From the NCBI GenBank assembly GCA_002633005.1, contig NMRA01000802.1, positions 38,740 through 102,739 of the forward strand: a stretch of 64,000 nt of DNA. Direction: 5' to 3'. The notes under the pieces are model-generated. The model was not told the origin of the DNA. It saw nothing but the letters and a program-made list of their open reading frames with translations, and did not search any database. The DNA comes from Phoronis australis. Its lineage: Eukaryota; Animalia; Phoronida. Both the position numbers and the translations under genes were made by a program. Within the stretch, counting starts at the first letter, position 1, and the number at the start of each line of letters is the position of its first letter. This document shows positions 13,793-25,500 of the stretch, piece after piece.

Positions 13793-15305
13793 TACATGCA
13801 CCCGCGGGTGACCACTATTACACGCGATTTTGTAGTCAGAATATCGCTCCGCATAAGTGGGGGAGGAGGGTGGGGTCTCGGGGGGCTCAAACGAGCCCCT
13901 CTCCCGCCCCAATTTGGCGAATTAGGTTCGCCTAAGCGAAACAGAAAGTCAGAGTAAACGAGACAAAGGTCCACAAAGTACAGCGGAATTCTGCGCGGAT
14001 ACACAATTCGTATGCCTGAACCTTAGTGGCCCGTTTTTTCTTTTTTTTAGTCCAAGTTAAAAGCCCAGTCAATTCCCTTCGGAAAGCCAAAAAATGTTGC
14101 GTCAGAGCACGAGGACACCTTTTTGTGGTTAAAGTGACATGCTCAGCAAACAGTATGCCTCCTTCTACAGGCATTAGAAGTAGAAACGTCATGAATGAAA
14201 TGATTAAGTTCAGAGGTGAAGGTTGTTAAGTCACTATACTTTATTCAGGTTTACAGAGTTTATGGTTGATAGTTATCAGATGTGATAGTATTTTGACGCT
14301 TTGTTTGGAACCTTTTCTCCTCATTTTTTTCTATATTTGTGTTATTTCAACACCATCTTTAACAACAAGTGCATTTTTGTAGTTAGGTAGATTTAAATGA
14401 CCCTAATATGTGTCATTGGGCAACACGTACATTGACATAGTATTGTTTTGACCAATTAGTCTTTAAAAGAAAATAAAAATCTATGATTATTGTAGAACGT
14501 AATTTCATACTGTTTTTCATTAACTGTGAGAGAATTTTATACTTTCAACTGTTCCGAAATACATTGTCTATGATTCAGTGATGATTTAGTTTTATACATT
14601 CCAAAAAAAATTCGTAGGAAATGTTGAATGGGTTTGCAATGTTGATTTCCCTAAAACAAAATTTTATATCTTTTTGTGTGACCAGTTTTGGTAAACGGTT
14701 AATAATGTTGTAAAAATGTTTAAATGTTGTTGTTGATTTTCTGTGTAATTAATGGAGCAATGGTGGGTCTTGAAGTGACATTAAAGACAACATTTTGGCT
14801 ACGCTTTGAGAAAATCACAACTTTGTACGTGTATTATAACTCGGCTCACTCTTTTTCAATGTCACAATAAACTGGAGATCACGAAATGAAGATGTATGGT
14901 TAACTCAGAACCAAGACTACAAAGCAGAATATTAAAAAAAAGACGTACTATACACTCAAGCCACACGGGTGTCACAAGTCAATCTGCTTATCTGGTGTTG
15001 TCGCACTCCTCTCCTTCCCCATGGGCAAGCTCATCGTCATTCTGTGTCTTCACTGGCGTATCTGTTCTATTTTTCTTTTTGCTGTAACAATTTTGCTAGA
15101 AGATTCCACACTCGCCTTCATCTGCAGTACAATGAACAATTTGTTTACCCCTGGCTTACACCGTGGGCAGCATGTTCGCTGAAGCTTTCTTCACCGTAAT
15201 AACAGTGAACTTGATTAATGAAATGAAAATAAAATCATTTGTGGAAATATCTGTAACTTACGATGGCTGTAAAAGGACAGCACGGCAACTTTTTTTCGCC
15301 GTTGC

Positions 15306-16026
15306 TAACTCCATCGATAGACTTTTTAACACTATCAATAGACTCAGTAACACTATCGAGAGACTTATCTCTATTTTTAGACTTACTACACTGTATCTCT
15401 ATTGATAGACTCAGTAACTCTATCGAAAGACTTGTTAACACTATCGATAGATTTAGTAACTATGGATAGACTTATTTTCTCTATCGATAGCCTTGTTAAC
15501 TCTATCGATAGAATTAGTATCTATCGAAAGACGTACTATCTCTATCGATAGACTTACTGTCTCTATCGATAGCCTTGTTAACTCTATCGATTTATTATCT
15601 ATCGAAAGACTTAAGAGTGCAGTACACTTCAGACCAGGCAAAAATCCATGCAGGGGTGATAAACCCTATGTGACGGATTTGGATCATATTATGCATTTTT
15701 GTTTACTTNCCCATAGCAACCACAAGGTGGCGCACGCAAAAAAAATAATGTTGGTATGAAGGTTGGGGCATCAACCCCTACCATCATGCAAACAATCGAG
15801 GAAATCCGTGACATAGCCTTTATCACTTTTTGCCTGGTCCATTCGTGGACGTGCTCTTAATATCTCTGTCGATAGACTTACTAATTCTATTGATAGACTT
15901 ACACTGTACTTACTCTATCGATAGACTTATTAACCCTATCGATAGCATTACTAACTCTATCGATAGACTTAGTAACTCTATCGATAGGCTTACTATCTAT
16001 ATAGATATATTTAGTAACTATATCGC
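15306..16026 (+). repeat. ~21-bp minisatellite array (consensus ~ctctatcgatagacttattat), left arm; interrupted by a MITE
   Basis: Repeated CTATCGATAG palindromic cores about every 21 bp. Source of the spurious SIDR-repeat ORFs. Confidence 0.93.
15615..15856. mobile_element. TTAA-target MITE (Kolobok/piggyBac-type target site) nested in the minisatellite
   Basis: TTAA at 15611-14 and 15857-60; ends GAG.../...CTC. Internal inverted matches accaggcaaaaa/tttttgcctggt and gtgataaaccctatgtgacggattt/aaatccgtgacatagcctttatcac. Contains one N. Confidence 0.7.
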
Positions 16027-16909
16027 TATGCCTGATGTAACATGACCCACAACAAAGACTCAGCGAGAGGCGCAATGGTTATTTAACAGTTATAATAAGT
16101 GGTCTGGTATGAATACCATGATTTTTTATATCTGTCATACCTCCAAAAGAGTGTTGCTAAGGAATAACAATCGGCATACAATACAGATGTAGACACGGCT
16201 AACTTGTTTTGGCTTTATCGAAATAAGCGACCATTATACCTTGCAATTCTATGGTTTAAATGTTGGTCTGGGTTTGTACGGTCAGTATCTGGCTAAACAA
16301 GATACGCCTGAGCTAGTTTTCAGAGTCGGTCATTGCTAATACGTTTGTAAAATTTTCTAAAATCATGGTTCTTAGATCAGTGACAGCATGTTGGCTTTTG
16401 CTGTGGCTCAGGGACTCATATGTACAATAGGGCACCGAACAGTCTGCTGAACTGTTGAAATTGATTTTTTAATTGAGTTGAAAGCTTTTGTTGATTTGTT
16501 GTGTTGCGTATTCTTTGGTTCAATGTACATATTGAGGGTGGCGGTAACTGTAGGCAAAATAGGTGTAGTCGTTCCATTTTGTTTCAACAAAATTTGAATT
16601 GGCATATATGATTTCTTGTGTTATACGTGAATATACAAATGATGATGCTGTAAGTGTAAGATACATGTAGGTGTGAGATGGTTCTTAAAAGTCAAAGATT
16701 CGTTACTTTCAGAAGGTTAGACCTATCGACAAAAGCTTCCATTTTTGAAGGTGTGCTGACCATTGCGCCGAAGTGGCATGCTTAAACCGCCTGTATATCA
16801 CAGATTGAATCAGGTTGTGTGCAGTTGCCAGTACGACAGTGTTGATAATTTATGAAAGTTGCTGTTATTGAGTGACATGGTGTTACTGGATTTAAGAGTT
16901 TCATTTTTA

Positions 16910-18170
16910 CTAAACATTACAGCGTCCTGTCGTTCAGTAACTTTTCCAGACGTGAGGGGTGCTGAAGGTGAGATAATATCTGGCTTAACTTAACTTTCAT
17001 TTTTATCAGCCCACCCCAGTCAGGCTAGATACGATCTGATTGAAGATTAGAGCAATTATCAAACAAAAGAGCGCAGGCCCTCCAACCATCAACGACAGAA
17101 TGGAGTTAATTGGCTACGGGGTGTAAACTTCCCAACTTGTTGTTGGGCTATACAATCAAACAAGTTGGGAGCAACGGGATGTCGCCGTCATGTAGATATT
17201 CAATAAATACTATTGACGTTTCACAGCAAACATTCACATCTAGTATCAAAATTGTGTATAATAGAAAGTATTGCTTCGGAAATAACTGTTTGAATTCCTC
17301 ATGAGCAAGTATTTATTATATGACCTCAAGGGAGAACGGAAACACAATAAATAAGGACAATAGACAAATTGAACAGGTAAATTAAAATGCTGTGGTGAGA
17401 GCAACTCGACATCAGAGACGAGTCCAGGCAACGAAAAGTGATTGTCACTAGGATTTTACGTTTTGTTAGGCTCACTTTTTGAAAATACATCCTCTGAACT
17501 AGCTGCTTACAGCGCCTGGCTTCAACTCCAGACGGATCANCTAAACATTACAGCGTCCTGTCGTTCAGTAACTTTTCCAGACGTGAGGGGTGATGAACGT
17601 GAGATAATATCTGGCTTAACTTAACTTTCATTTTTATCAGCCCACCCCAGTCAGGCTAGATACGATCTGATTGAAGATTAGAGCAATTATCAAACAAAAG
17701 AGCGCAGGCCCTCCAACCATCAACGACAGAATGGAGTGAATTGGCTACGGGGTGTAAACTTCCCAACTTGTTGTTGGGCTATACAATCAAACAAGTTGGG
17801 AGCAACGGGATGTCGCCGTCATGTAGATATTCTATAAATACTATTGACGTTTCACAGCAAACATTCACATCTAGTATCAAAATTGTGTATAATAGAAAGT
17901 ATTGCTTCGGAAATAACTGTTTGAATTCCTCATGAGCAAGTATTTATTATATGACCTCAAGGGAGAACGGAAACACAATAAATAAGGACAATAGACAAAT
18001 TGAACAGGTAAATTAAAATGCTGTGGTGAGAGCAACTCGACATCAGAGACGAGTCCAGGCAACGAAAAGTGATTGTCACTAGGATTTTACGTTTTGTTAG
18101 GCTCACTTTTTGAAAATACATCCTCTGAACTAGCTGCTTACAGCGCCTGGCTTCAACTCCAGACGGATCA
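16910..18170. repeat. 630-bp direct duplication (16910-17539 / 17541-18170) separated by a single N; probable haplotype overlap artefact
   Basis: The copies are identical except ~4 substitutions, and the junction is exactly the N at 17540. Confidence 0.85.
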
Positions 18171-18470
18171 GTAACAGTTCAAGTAGCAGTTGTGGTACAG
18201 TTACACCTTTTGCTACGCACTTCTGATGCTTCAGTGTGTAACCGTCCACCTGACGTGAACCTGTGACTTGTTCTTCAACAAAACGAACCATTTCATCAAA
18301 ATCAGAAGTATTTTTACGGCTCAGATGTCCATAAGTCGCCAAAAAACACACGTCGCAATTGCCTCACGCTCAGTGACACCCTAAAACGACGCATGAGAAC
18401 CTTTATTCATTTCATTTTAAGTCAGTCCTATCTTCAATAAATCGACGATTTGCATTTTTCGGTCCACCAT
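18107..18470 (-). pseudogene. Decayed N-terminal exon of an IS3EU-like (integrase-core DDE) transposase
   Basis: Piecing frames together gives MVDRKMQIVDLLKIGLT*NEM..SLSVRQLRRV..GHLSRKNTSDFDEMVRFVEEQVTGSRQVDGY..HQKCVAKGVTV..DPSGVEARRCKQLVQRMYFQK|gtgagc. This matches the remembered SxRTLxR / GYR.M / DPxGVxxRRxxxLxRRxY..GPN pattern of this family. Confidence 0.6.
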
Positions 18471-18506
18471 TTTAATTTGAAACCAAGTTAGCAACCACGA
18501 CATCGC

Positions 18507-18898
18507 AACTCTATCGATAGAGTTAATAAGTCTATTGATAGAGTTAATTAGTCTATCGATAGAGATAGTAAGTCTATCGATAGAGATAATAAGTCAATCG
18601 ACAGAGTTAATAAGTCTATCGATAGAGTTAATAAGTCTATCGATAGAGATAATAAGTATATCGATAGAGTTAAAAAGTCTATCGATAGAGTTAAAAAGTC
18701 TATCGATAGAGTTAATTAGTCTATCAATAGAGATACTGTAGTAAGTCTATCGATAGAGATAATAAGTATATCGATAGAGTTAAAAAGTCTATCGATAGAG
18801 ATAATAAGTATATCGATAGAGTTAAAAAGTCTATCGTTAGAGATAATAAGTCTATGGATAGAGTTAAAAAGTCTATCGATAGAGATAATAAGTCTATC
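18507..18898 (-). repeat. ~21-bp minisatellite array, right (inverted) arm, ~18 units
   Basis: Units such as ataagtctatcgatagagtta; reverse complement of the 15306-16026 array. Confidence 0.93.
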
Positions 18899-19393
18899 TT
18901 CCTCACTCGAAAGCAGAATCCGATACTTTGTCACCATTGCTGGAATTAATATCATGTTCACATTCAAAACTTTGGTCATTGGAATTATGTATTTGATCCC
19001 AAAGTTCCTATGAGGTCTCTGCGTTGACGCCGGTACAAAGTTGAACACTCATCAAGAGTATCAAAATGTGTTTCTGCAGCAGATAAAATCATTTTCTGTT
19101 CACCTACACTGTAAATGTAAAAACGAACCGTACTACGTGCTACCAACACTAGAGTCAAAGTAGGCGCTTTTATCATTCTAGTGCCTGTGTTGTACGTTCT
19201 GTGTTATTTTGTGTTTTGCCAGGTTCTCTTATCTGTGCATGGAATGACACCATGATACGCTGTAGCCCTCGGCATATACTGTACTATAGCGCTGCGGCGA
19301 ATATGGGTCAAGTGTATGTTACATCAGACACCTGCACTGAATGGTAATCGAGGCCAAGCATCAAATCTAACAGTGGGTGTCTGTTGACAAGAA

Positions 19394-19540
19394 ATGAAAA
19401 TCACAAGAATAAGTGTTCACCAAGTCGACCTTACTCTTAAAGAGACCACGTACAAGTGGTCAGATAACAAAGGCGTTTCAGGATTCGATTCCACCGTTGT
19501 GAGAGTCGATACTGACGACGGTGTAACTGGGTTTGGTGAG
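19394..19540 (+). CDS. cis-3-hydroxy-L-proline dehydratase-like, exon 1
   Basis: [49 protein letters not shown]|gtgagt. Confidence 0.9.
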
Positions 19541-22500
19541 GTGAGTAACCACAAGTAACAAGCTTCTGGCATTATGAATAAACAGGACTATATGACAAGA
19601 ACAATGTTACATTATTAGGCAAATTGACGTCTAGGTAGAGTCCTGGACAGTTCCACCGGATCCATGTTTCCAATTGCCCTGGTTCTCGTTCCACCAATGT
19701 CGCGGACTGAGCTGAGTTCAAAGTCCTGATCCAGTATATTACGACACACTGTAGACATACATGTGACACAGCTATTAACGCGAGACCATCATGTGAGGAT
19801 CCGAACATTCCGTATTCACCCAACTTTGACTTCATGTCCACTATCAGGTATGACGTCACTTTCTCTTGCAGAATCCACACACCAGCTCTTGGCTGACCGT
19901 CTCTGACACAATAACCTACATGTAATGATCAGAGCGGCGTAGAATATCCCACGAAACAGTAGGCCTAGTCCGCTTATCGATCTTAACCGAGTTTGGCCAT
20001 GCGCTTAGAATTCATAAGTTTTTTTGGGCAGATTATTTAAAATACTTCACCCTGACTGTTCACGTGGCGGATCACGTATGTTCTAAGTATGTCTTACTTG
20101 AGCGTTTTTTGTCTAGTAAAAGAAACAGTTTCAAATGTAGCGACAAGTTACATGAAAAGAGATAACACAGTTGAAAACACCGGTATTTGTACATTGAACT
20201 TGTAAGTGAACATAATCTAATTAACAATATCAAAAATTCAACATTGTTTGTTATTAACCAGAAATCGGAGCCAGAGTTGAGGTATAAGTGTCATATAATG
20301 CCAACAATTTAGTGTAGGGCCTACTATAGGTGTTTTGTTTGGGACCTGATTGCATGTTGAGAGTTATTAAAACTGATGCAGTTTTATTACTTTGCAAACC
20401 ACTTTCAGAACGTTTGATGATCAAACCGGCTATGGCGAGCCGACATTGACTATCATATGTACCTTTTGAACTTGATGTCGGAGGGAACTGTTGAAGTAGT
20501 CCCGTAATTGCAATACGGAAAACAATATCGTATGGCCGTAGGCGACTTATGCACATGACGGCGTTTTTCCGTTCAGTGACTTATCAGACGTAGAGGGTTC
20601 TGAGCGTGGGATAATATCAGCTTCTTTGACAACTGCCAAGCACAGTCTTTTGTCAAGTATGAAAACGGGCAGGCCAATTATCTACATGTACCAGACCACG
20701 TGCGAACAGTCAAACCCAGAGCGAATTGGTACATTCGTAAAAATAGATTGTCGTAATTTCGGTTGTAGTTGGGCGATTTTGGCAATTCAAAAACTAAACT
20801 TGGTCACCATCTGACGAGGATTTCAGAAATTCTTTTAGTTTATGTTCAAATATGTTATAACTTAATTTTTATATTTAGCAGCACAGGCGGCCAGTCAGGC
20901 GAGAGATTAGAGCAATTATCGAACAAAAGAGATCTGGCACTCCAACCATGAATGCCAGAATGGAGTTAATCAGTCGCAGTCGTGTAAGATATTGGCTACA
21001 GGGGTGTTCATCCCAGTTTGTTGTTGGGCTATAAAATCGAACAAGTAAGGAGCAACGGGAAAACGCCGTAATGCAATTCGTGTACGAGTACGATAATGTT
21101 AGCCTGCATCGCTGCAGACTACTGTAATGGCCACTGGCAATAACTGTGCAACAATTCATCCTCTAGCGTTACAGTATGTCAGCTATACTGCACACTTACT
21201 ACTGTGGTACCCCGATTGTTTGTAAGAAATAATTTCACTGTTCAACACTAAAACACCGTGCACTGCCTGTGGTATGTTCACAAACAAATACACCAAATAT
21301 AAATAAATGTTTAACCGTCACCCTAATTAGTTTGCAAGGCGCCGGAGATTTCAAACTGACAGCATTTGGAGATTCACGAGATTGCAATCTTAGATAACGA
21401 ATTATTATGTATAATAATGATTGATAATTAATATCTGTTACTTAGACTAGGTATGGTTGAGCACCAAATTGTTTGAGTAATTTTACTAAAATTAAAAAGA
21501 AAACAATGACTGATTTTGCCAAGTTGTTCCTCTGATAGATATGTCCGTTAGGGGCCTACTACTTGCCTTCGTACGCGGCGGGCGTGCGAACTGGCATCAA
21601 AGAACTCGGCCCGAACTTGATCGGCGAAGACCCGTGTCAGCTAGGAGTACTGAATGCCAAGATGGACTATTGGTTGAAAGGACATCCTTATGTCAAGTCT
21701 CCGATTGACATGGCATGCTGGGATATTCTTGGAAAGGTACTTACAATAGCTCCTTAGCGGTCTTGAAGTCGGATTTAAGTTTCTTTTTAGCCGTGTACAA
21801 CTTCAACCACCACAACTAACCCACAATCCAAATTCCGTATGTTTTGGAATTTGCGCAAGTAGGAGGCTGAAAACAACCTGAGAAAGATATGTGTTTGATA
21901 TAGAGCAACATGGAAGACAAAATACAATGATTGACAATTTGATTTCAGTTTTGTACAGCATCGCGTGAAGTTTACGGTAATAAAATTCAATGCATTGCTG
22001 GTAATGCTCTTTTTCTCTTTATATCGTTAGACATCTTCAGTAAATTTACCTGAAATTTATCATCACGTGACAAAATCGTCAACTGAACCTCTTTTGGTAA
22101 CATTTACTTAAATATTTCACCCGATGTTCTTGCGGAGACGGTGATACTGCTGTTCCCCCCAAGCCGTGGGTGAATTGAAACATGAAACCTCGGGGCAGTA
22201 TTGACCATGTTACTAGAAGATTTTGATTTATAACTTTTTCGCATCAAGTCCTTTATTTGAAAGATTATTAGCGCCCATCAGCTGGAATTTGTCTTTAGTT
22301 GTCAGAAATCTGACACTGTTCAGTTTGAAATCCTTAGTTCATCCGAGTTTGTCAACCAATTGATACTCCTAAAAATAAGCCACCGAATGTACCAATCGAC
22401 CCATGTGTCTAACAACTCGCCTGTGGAGCCCCCCTCCACCTGGCCCGGACCGGCTTCCTCTCCATCCCGCTCCTCGTCTACCCTCTTACTTACAGTACAT

Positions 22501-25500
22501 GTACGCTGTACTCTTCAACAGAAAGAAAATATAAAACACACGTTACTACATTTAACTCTAAAAGACATCTTCTCTTCACTTAAGGTTACTGGACTTTCGG
22601 TCTGCACCTTGCTGGGAGGTCGTTATGGTGACAACGTACGTCTCTACAGAGCAATTAGTCAAGACAGTCCTTCGAATATGGCAGCCAGCGTGGCTAAATA
22701 TAAAGGTGAAGGATACACCATGTTTCAGGTAAAACTATCTTGATATCCTGAAAACAACTGTAACCCACCTAAATCTTTGTGATAATCGACAGAATTAAAT
22801 AAAAATCGTTGGGCTTTTTCACGAAATGTATAACACACGTCCACCTTTGATGTCACGCTCTTTTGACACAATATTCGTTATTTTCCGCATGACGTTATAA
22901 TGTAGATCTTGACAATTTTTTGGCACCAAGTTGGACTTTCGTCTTTTCTAACGGAATATCAAGGAACCGAAACCGTTTTTCAATAGCATATAATCTTACA
23001 GGCGTACTGTGTATGTTCACCACTTTTGGCAATTACTTCGTCAAACGATAATCCTAAACATTGAACGCTTGTATACATGTACGTATGCATTATTATTAAG
23101 GTATAGACTGTAGTTAATCGGAAACAAAAGTGTCCTGTCCGAAGCAAGCTGCGACAGAAACAGTTTGGCGTGTCACTTGGTGTAGGTGAATGGTGCTGAG
23201 TTCTGGAATTGTCCAGGTTTTTAAAAGTACACCTAAACTTTAAAATGTTGGTCGAAGAACACCAACTTGTCATTTTCATTGTAAACGGAGTTCAGGAGCC
23301 AGGTCGCTGTCCATAACAAAGGACAACTTTATGAAGATCTAAGTGTGCCTATACTGAAAGTACTGGTTCGATTATTTTATTTCCTAATCTTACCGCAGGC
23401 ATCTTGGACAATAAACGTCATATAATGTTCTTTTCATTAATTGCTGCATGAGAAGTGACATGACGGTGAACTCATAGCAAATCTCAATTTCAGTTAAAAG
23501 CTGGTGGTAATCCTGATGACGACATGGAGCGTATACGATGTGTTCGCCAAGTATTGGAACCCTCCGACACATTAGTCGTCGACGCAAACACGGGCTGGTT
23601 ACCGCATCAGGTACAGCAGCAATAGTCGTTTTTCTCACGTAATTAACCGCGACAATGTTGTGCTTGATTTGAACGCACGATGGCAGCAAAAATGTTTCCG
23701 TCACTTATTGGCGCTGCAAGCTATTGTAAAAATACTTATTGTTTGACCACCAGTCCCGCGTCCTAATTCTCAGTACCGCTTGGCTGTCTAAAGGGATAAC
23801 GGAATTAGTACGGTTGGCTCTTTCTCGACTATTGCGAAAGGTAATTTAGACCGGTTTAAATTTGATACGCAGTACGCTCGAAAAGGCCAGACCAGCGAAC
23901 GTACCAAAGTTTCTATTACACAAGCGCAATGCAAAAGCTAGGTTTTGTTCGGACTATTTTTCTCGACCGTCTAAACTTTTCTCCCCAATTCCAATTCACG
24001 CGAGTGCGGAATTCTTCCCGCCAAGGTATTAGCCAGGATATTGCTATTGCCCGTTTAAAAATCGGTGATTTGTCATATGATTTGCGAGGCACGTACATGT
24101 ACATGTAGTGCCGAGTGGGGGGGGGGGGGTCGGGAGTTGGAAACCCTCTCTCGACTAGGAAACTTTTAATTTTCTGCTTATTTGATAATTTTTGTTGTTG
24201 GTATGTTTTGGTGAACGGAACAGTCTAAAATTGCCTCTTAACTGCGTTTCCGACGTTTTTTCAATGCATGCAGTGCGCAAGTAGGTCAAGAGTTTACAGC
24301 CTTCACAAATACTCTCTTCACATCGAATTCGTCGACGTAGAAAAGGCCGCTTTTGTGCAGGGGTCGACGGTTGGTCGACGGCCCGACACTGAGCAGTTAA
24401 CTCTTCGGCACTCGGACAAGTGAAAGTTCAAGTTACTTGCCTGACCAGCAACTTGAATTGGAAATTTTACGCCCTTTGAACGTAATTTTTCGATTATTGG
24501 AAGAGCTCACGTATATGCTGGTAGCAGTTCAGTTGGTGAGTGACTTGCAAAATCTTGCTTTTGATCAAGACACTTGGGTTACCGCACGCTCACTGGGGCG
24601 ACGTTCTTGCTGTTGCTGTAAACAGATGACAATTTTAAAGTTAACCATGTCTCAAAATAAGAATAGAAGTGGCAATTGGTAGCCTGACCCCTAATGCGGT
24701 CCCGCGTTGCTACTTTTTATGCACGATGAATTTTAAAGGTTAGGACGGTGGAATGTTATTCCTGACAAGTGAAGAAGGTGACAATTTGGTACGGTAGGTT
24801 ATTACGCTGCTCTAAAACATGTACCGACCACAAACCAATCCGGACTATCTCCAATGCCAAAGCAGCGTAAAATTTGGATTATCATCTATTCACATTGCCA
24901 GTCCAATGTATAGCCTACATGCAGGCTAGCGGGAGAAGGGAGACTGTGGTCTTTCACGTTAGGACGGTAGGTCTCTATGTACAGTATGTCTAGGATTTTC
25001 TAATGCACGCAGATTTTTTGTTCATCTCAAACGAAAGATGAATCGTAAATCACCAACGGTATCTCTAAGGAAAGTGACGATTGTAAACCGGTGATGGCGG
25101 CTAAGAATTAAAACTAGGATATTAATTGGCGAAGTGGCTGAGCAACCTTCTGAGAAGTGTTTATTGTCGAATAGCCTGCACCGAGGAGGTGGTAAGCGAT
25201 TCTTGATCACCCTTTCCACCAAAATTTTTACGTACCAACCATTCCGAGTTCATAGACCACGAAGCTTTCACTGAGTTGAAGCTCCGGGGTATCGCGTATT
25301 TTTGTGCTCATTTTCCTAGTCGTTCTTGCCCATGTGCTAGGACCAAAACTCATCTGCGCAGCGTTCTGTGTAGTTGCATAGTCACTGGTCACATGCAACT
25401 CTAGGAGCTTTGTTTTTGTAGGCTCTCCGCATCATTAATGCCGTGTCCGACCTGGATGTGTATATCGAACAGCCATGCCTGACCTTTGATGAATGCATGC

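Larger units (their letters stand above)
15306..18898 (-). mobile_element. Foldback-like transposon relic: long inverted minisatellite arms around a decayed IS3EU-like transposase
   Basis: The left and right arrays are reverse complements and share an irregular variant unit (gacttactacactgtatctctattgatag at ~15380 vs ctatcaatagagatactgtagtaagtc at 18721). A transposase-like exon starts 37 nt inside the right arm. Outer termini and TSD were not identified. Confidence 0.65.

Noticed and set aside
14930-15260. Possible decayed coding sequence flanking the foldback element (also 18900-19090)
   Set aside because: There are multiple stops in all frames and no recognisable motif.
16910-18170. 630-bp tandem duplication as a real segmental duplication, with twin 64-aa and 61-aa ORFs
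   Set aside because: The junction is exactly a single N and the copies differ at about allele level, so overlapping contig ends are the likelier explanation.
15163-19048. SID/SIE-repeat ORFs and a CRISPR-like appearance of the palindromic 21-bp arrays
   Set aside because: Units are contiguous with near-identical linkers and no unique spacers. There are no cas genes and the context is eukaryotic. The ORFs are by-products of a 21-bp period.
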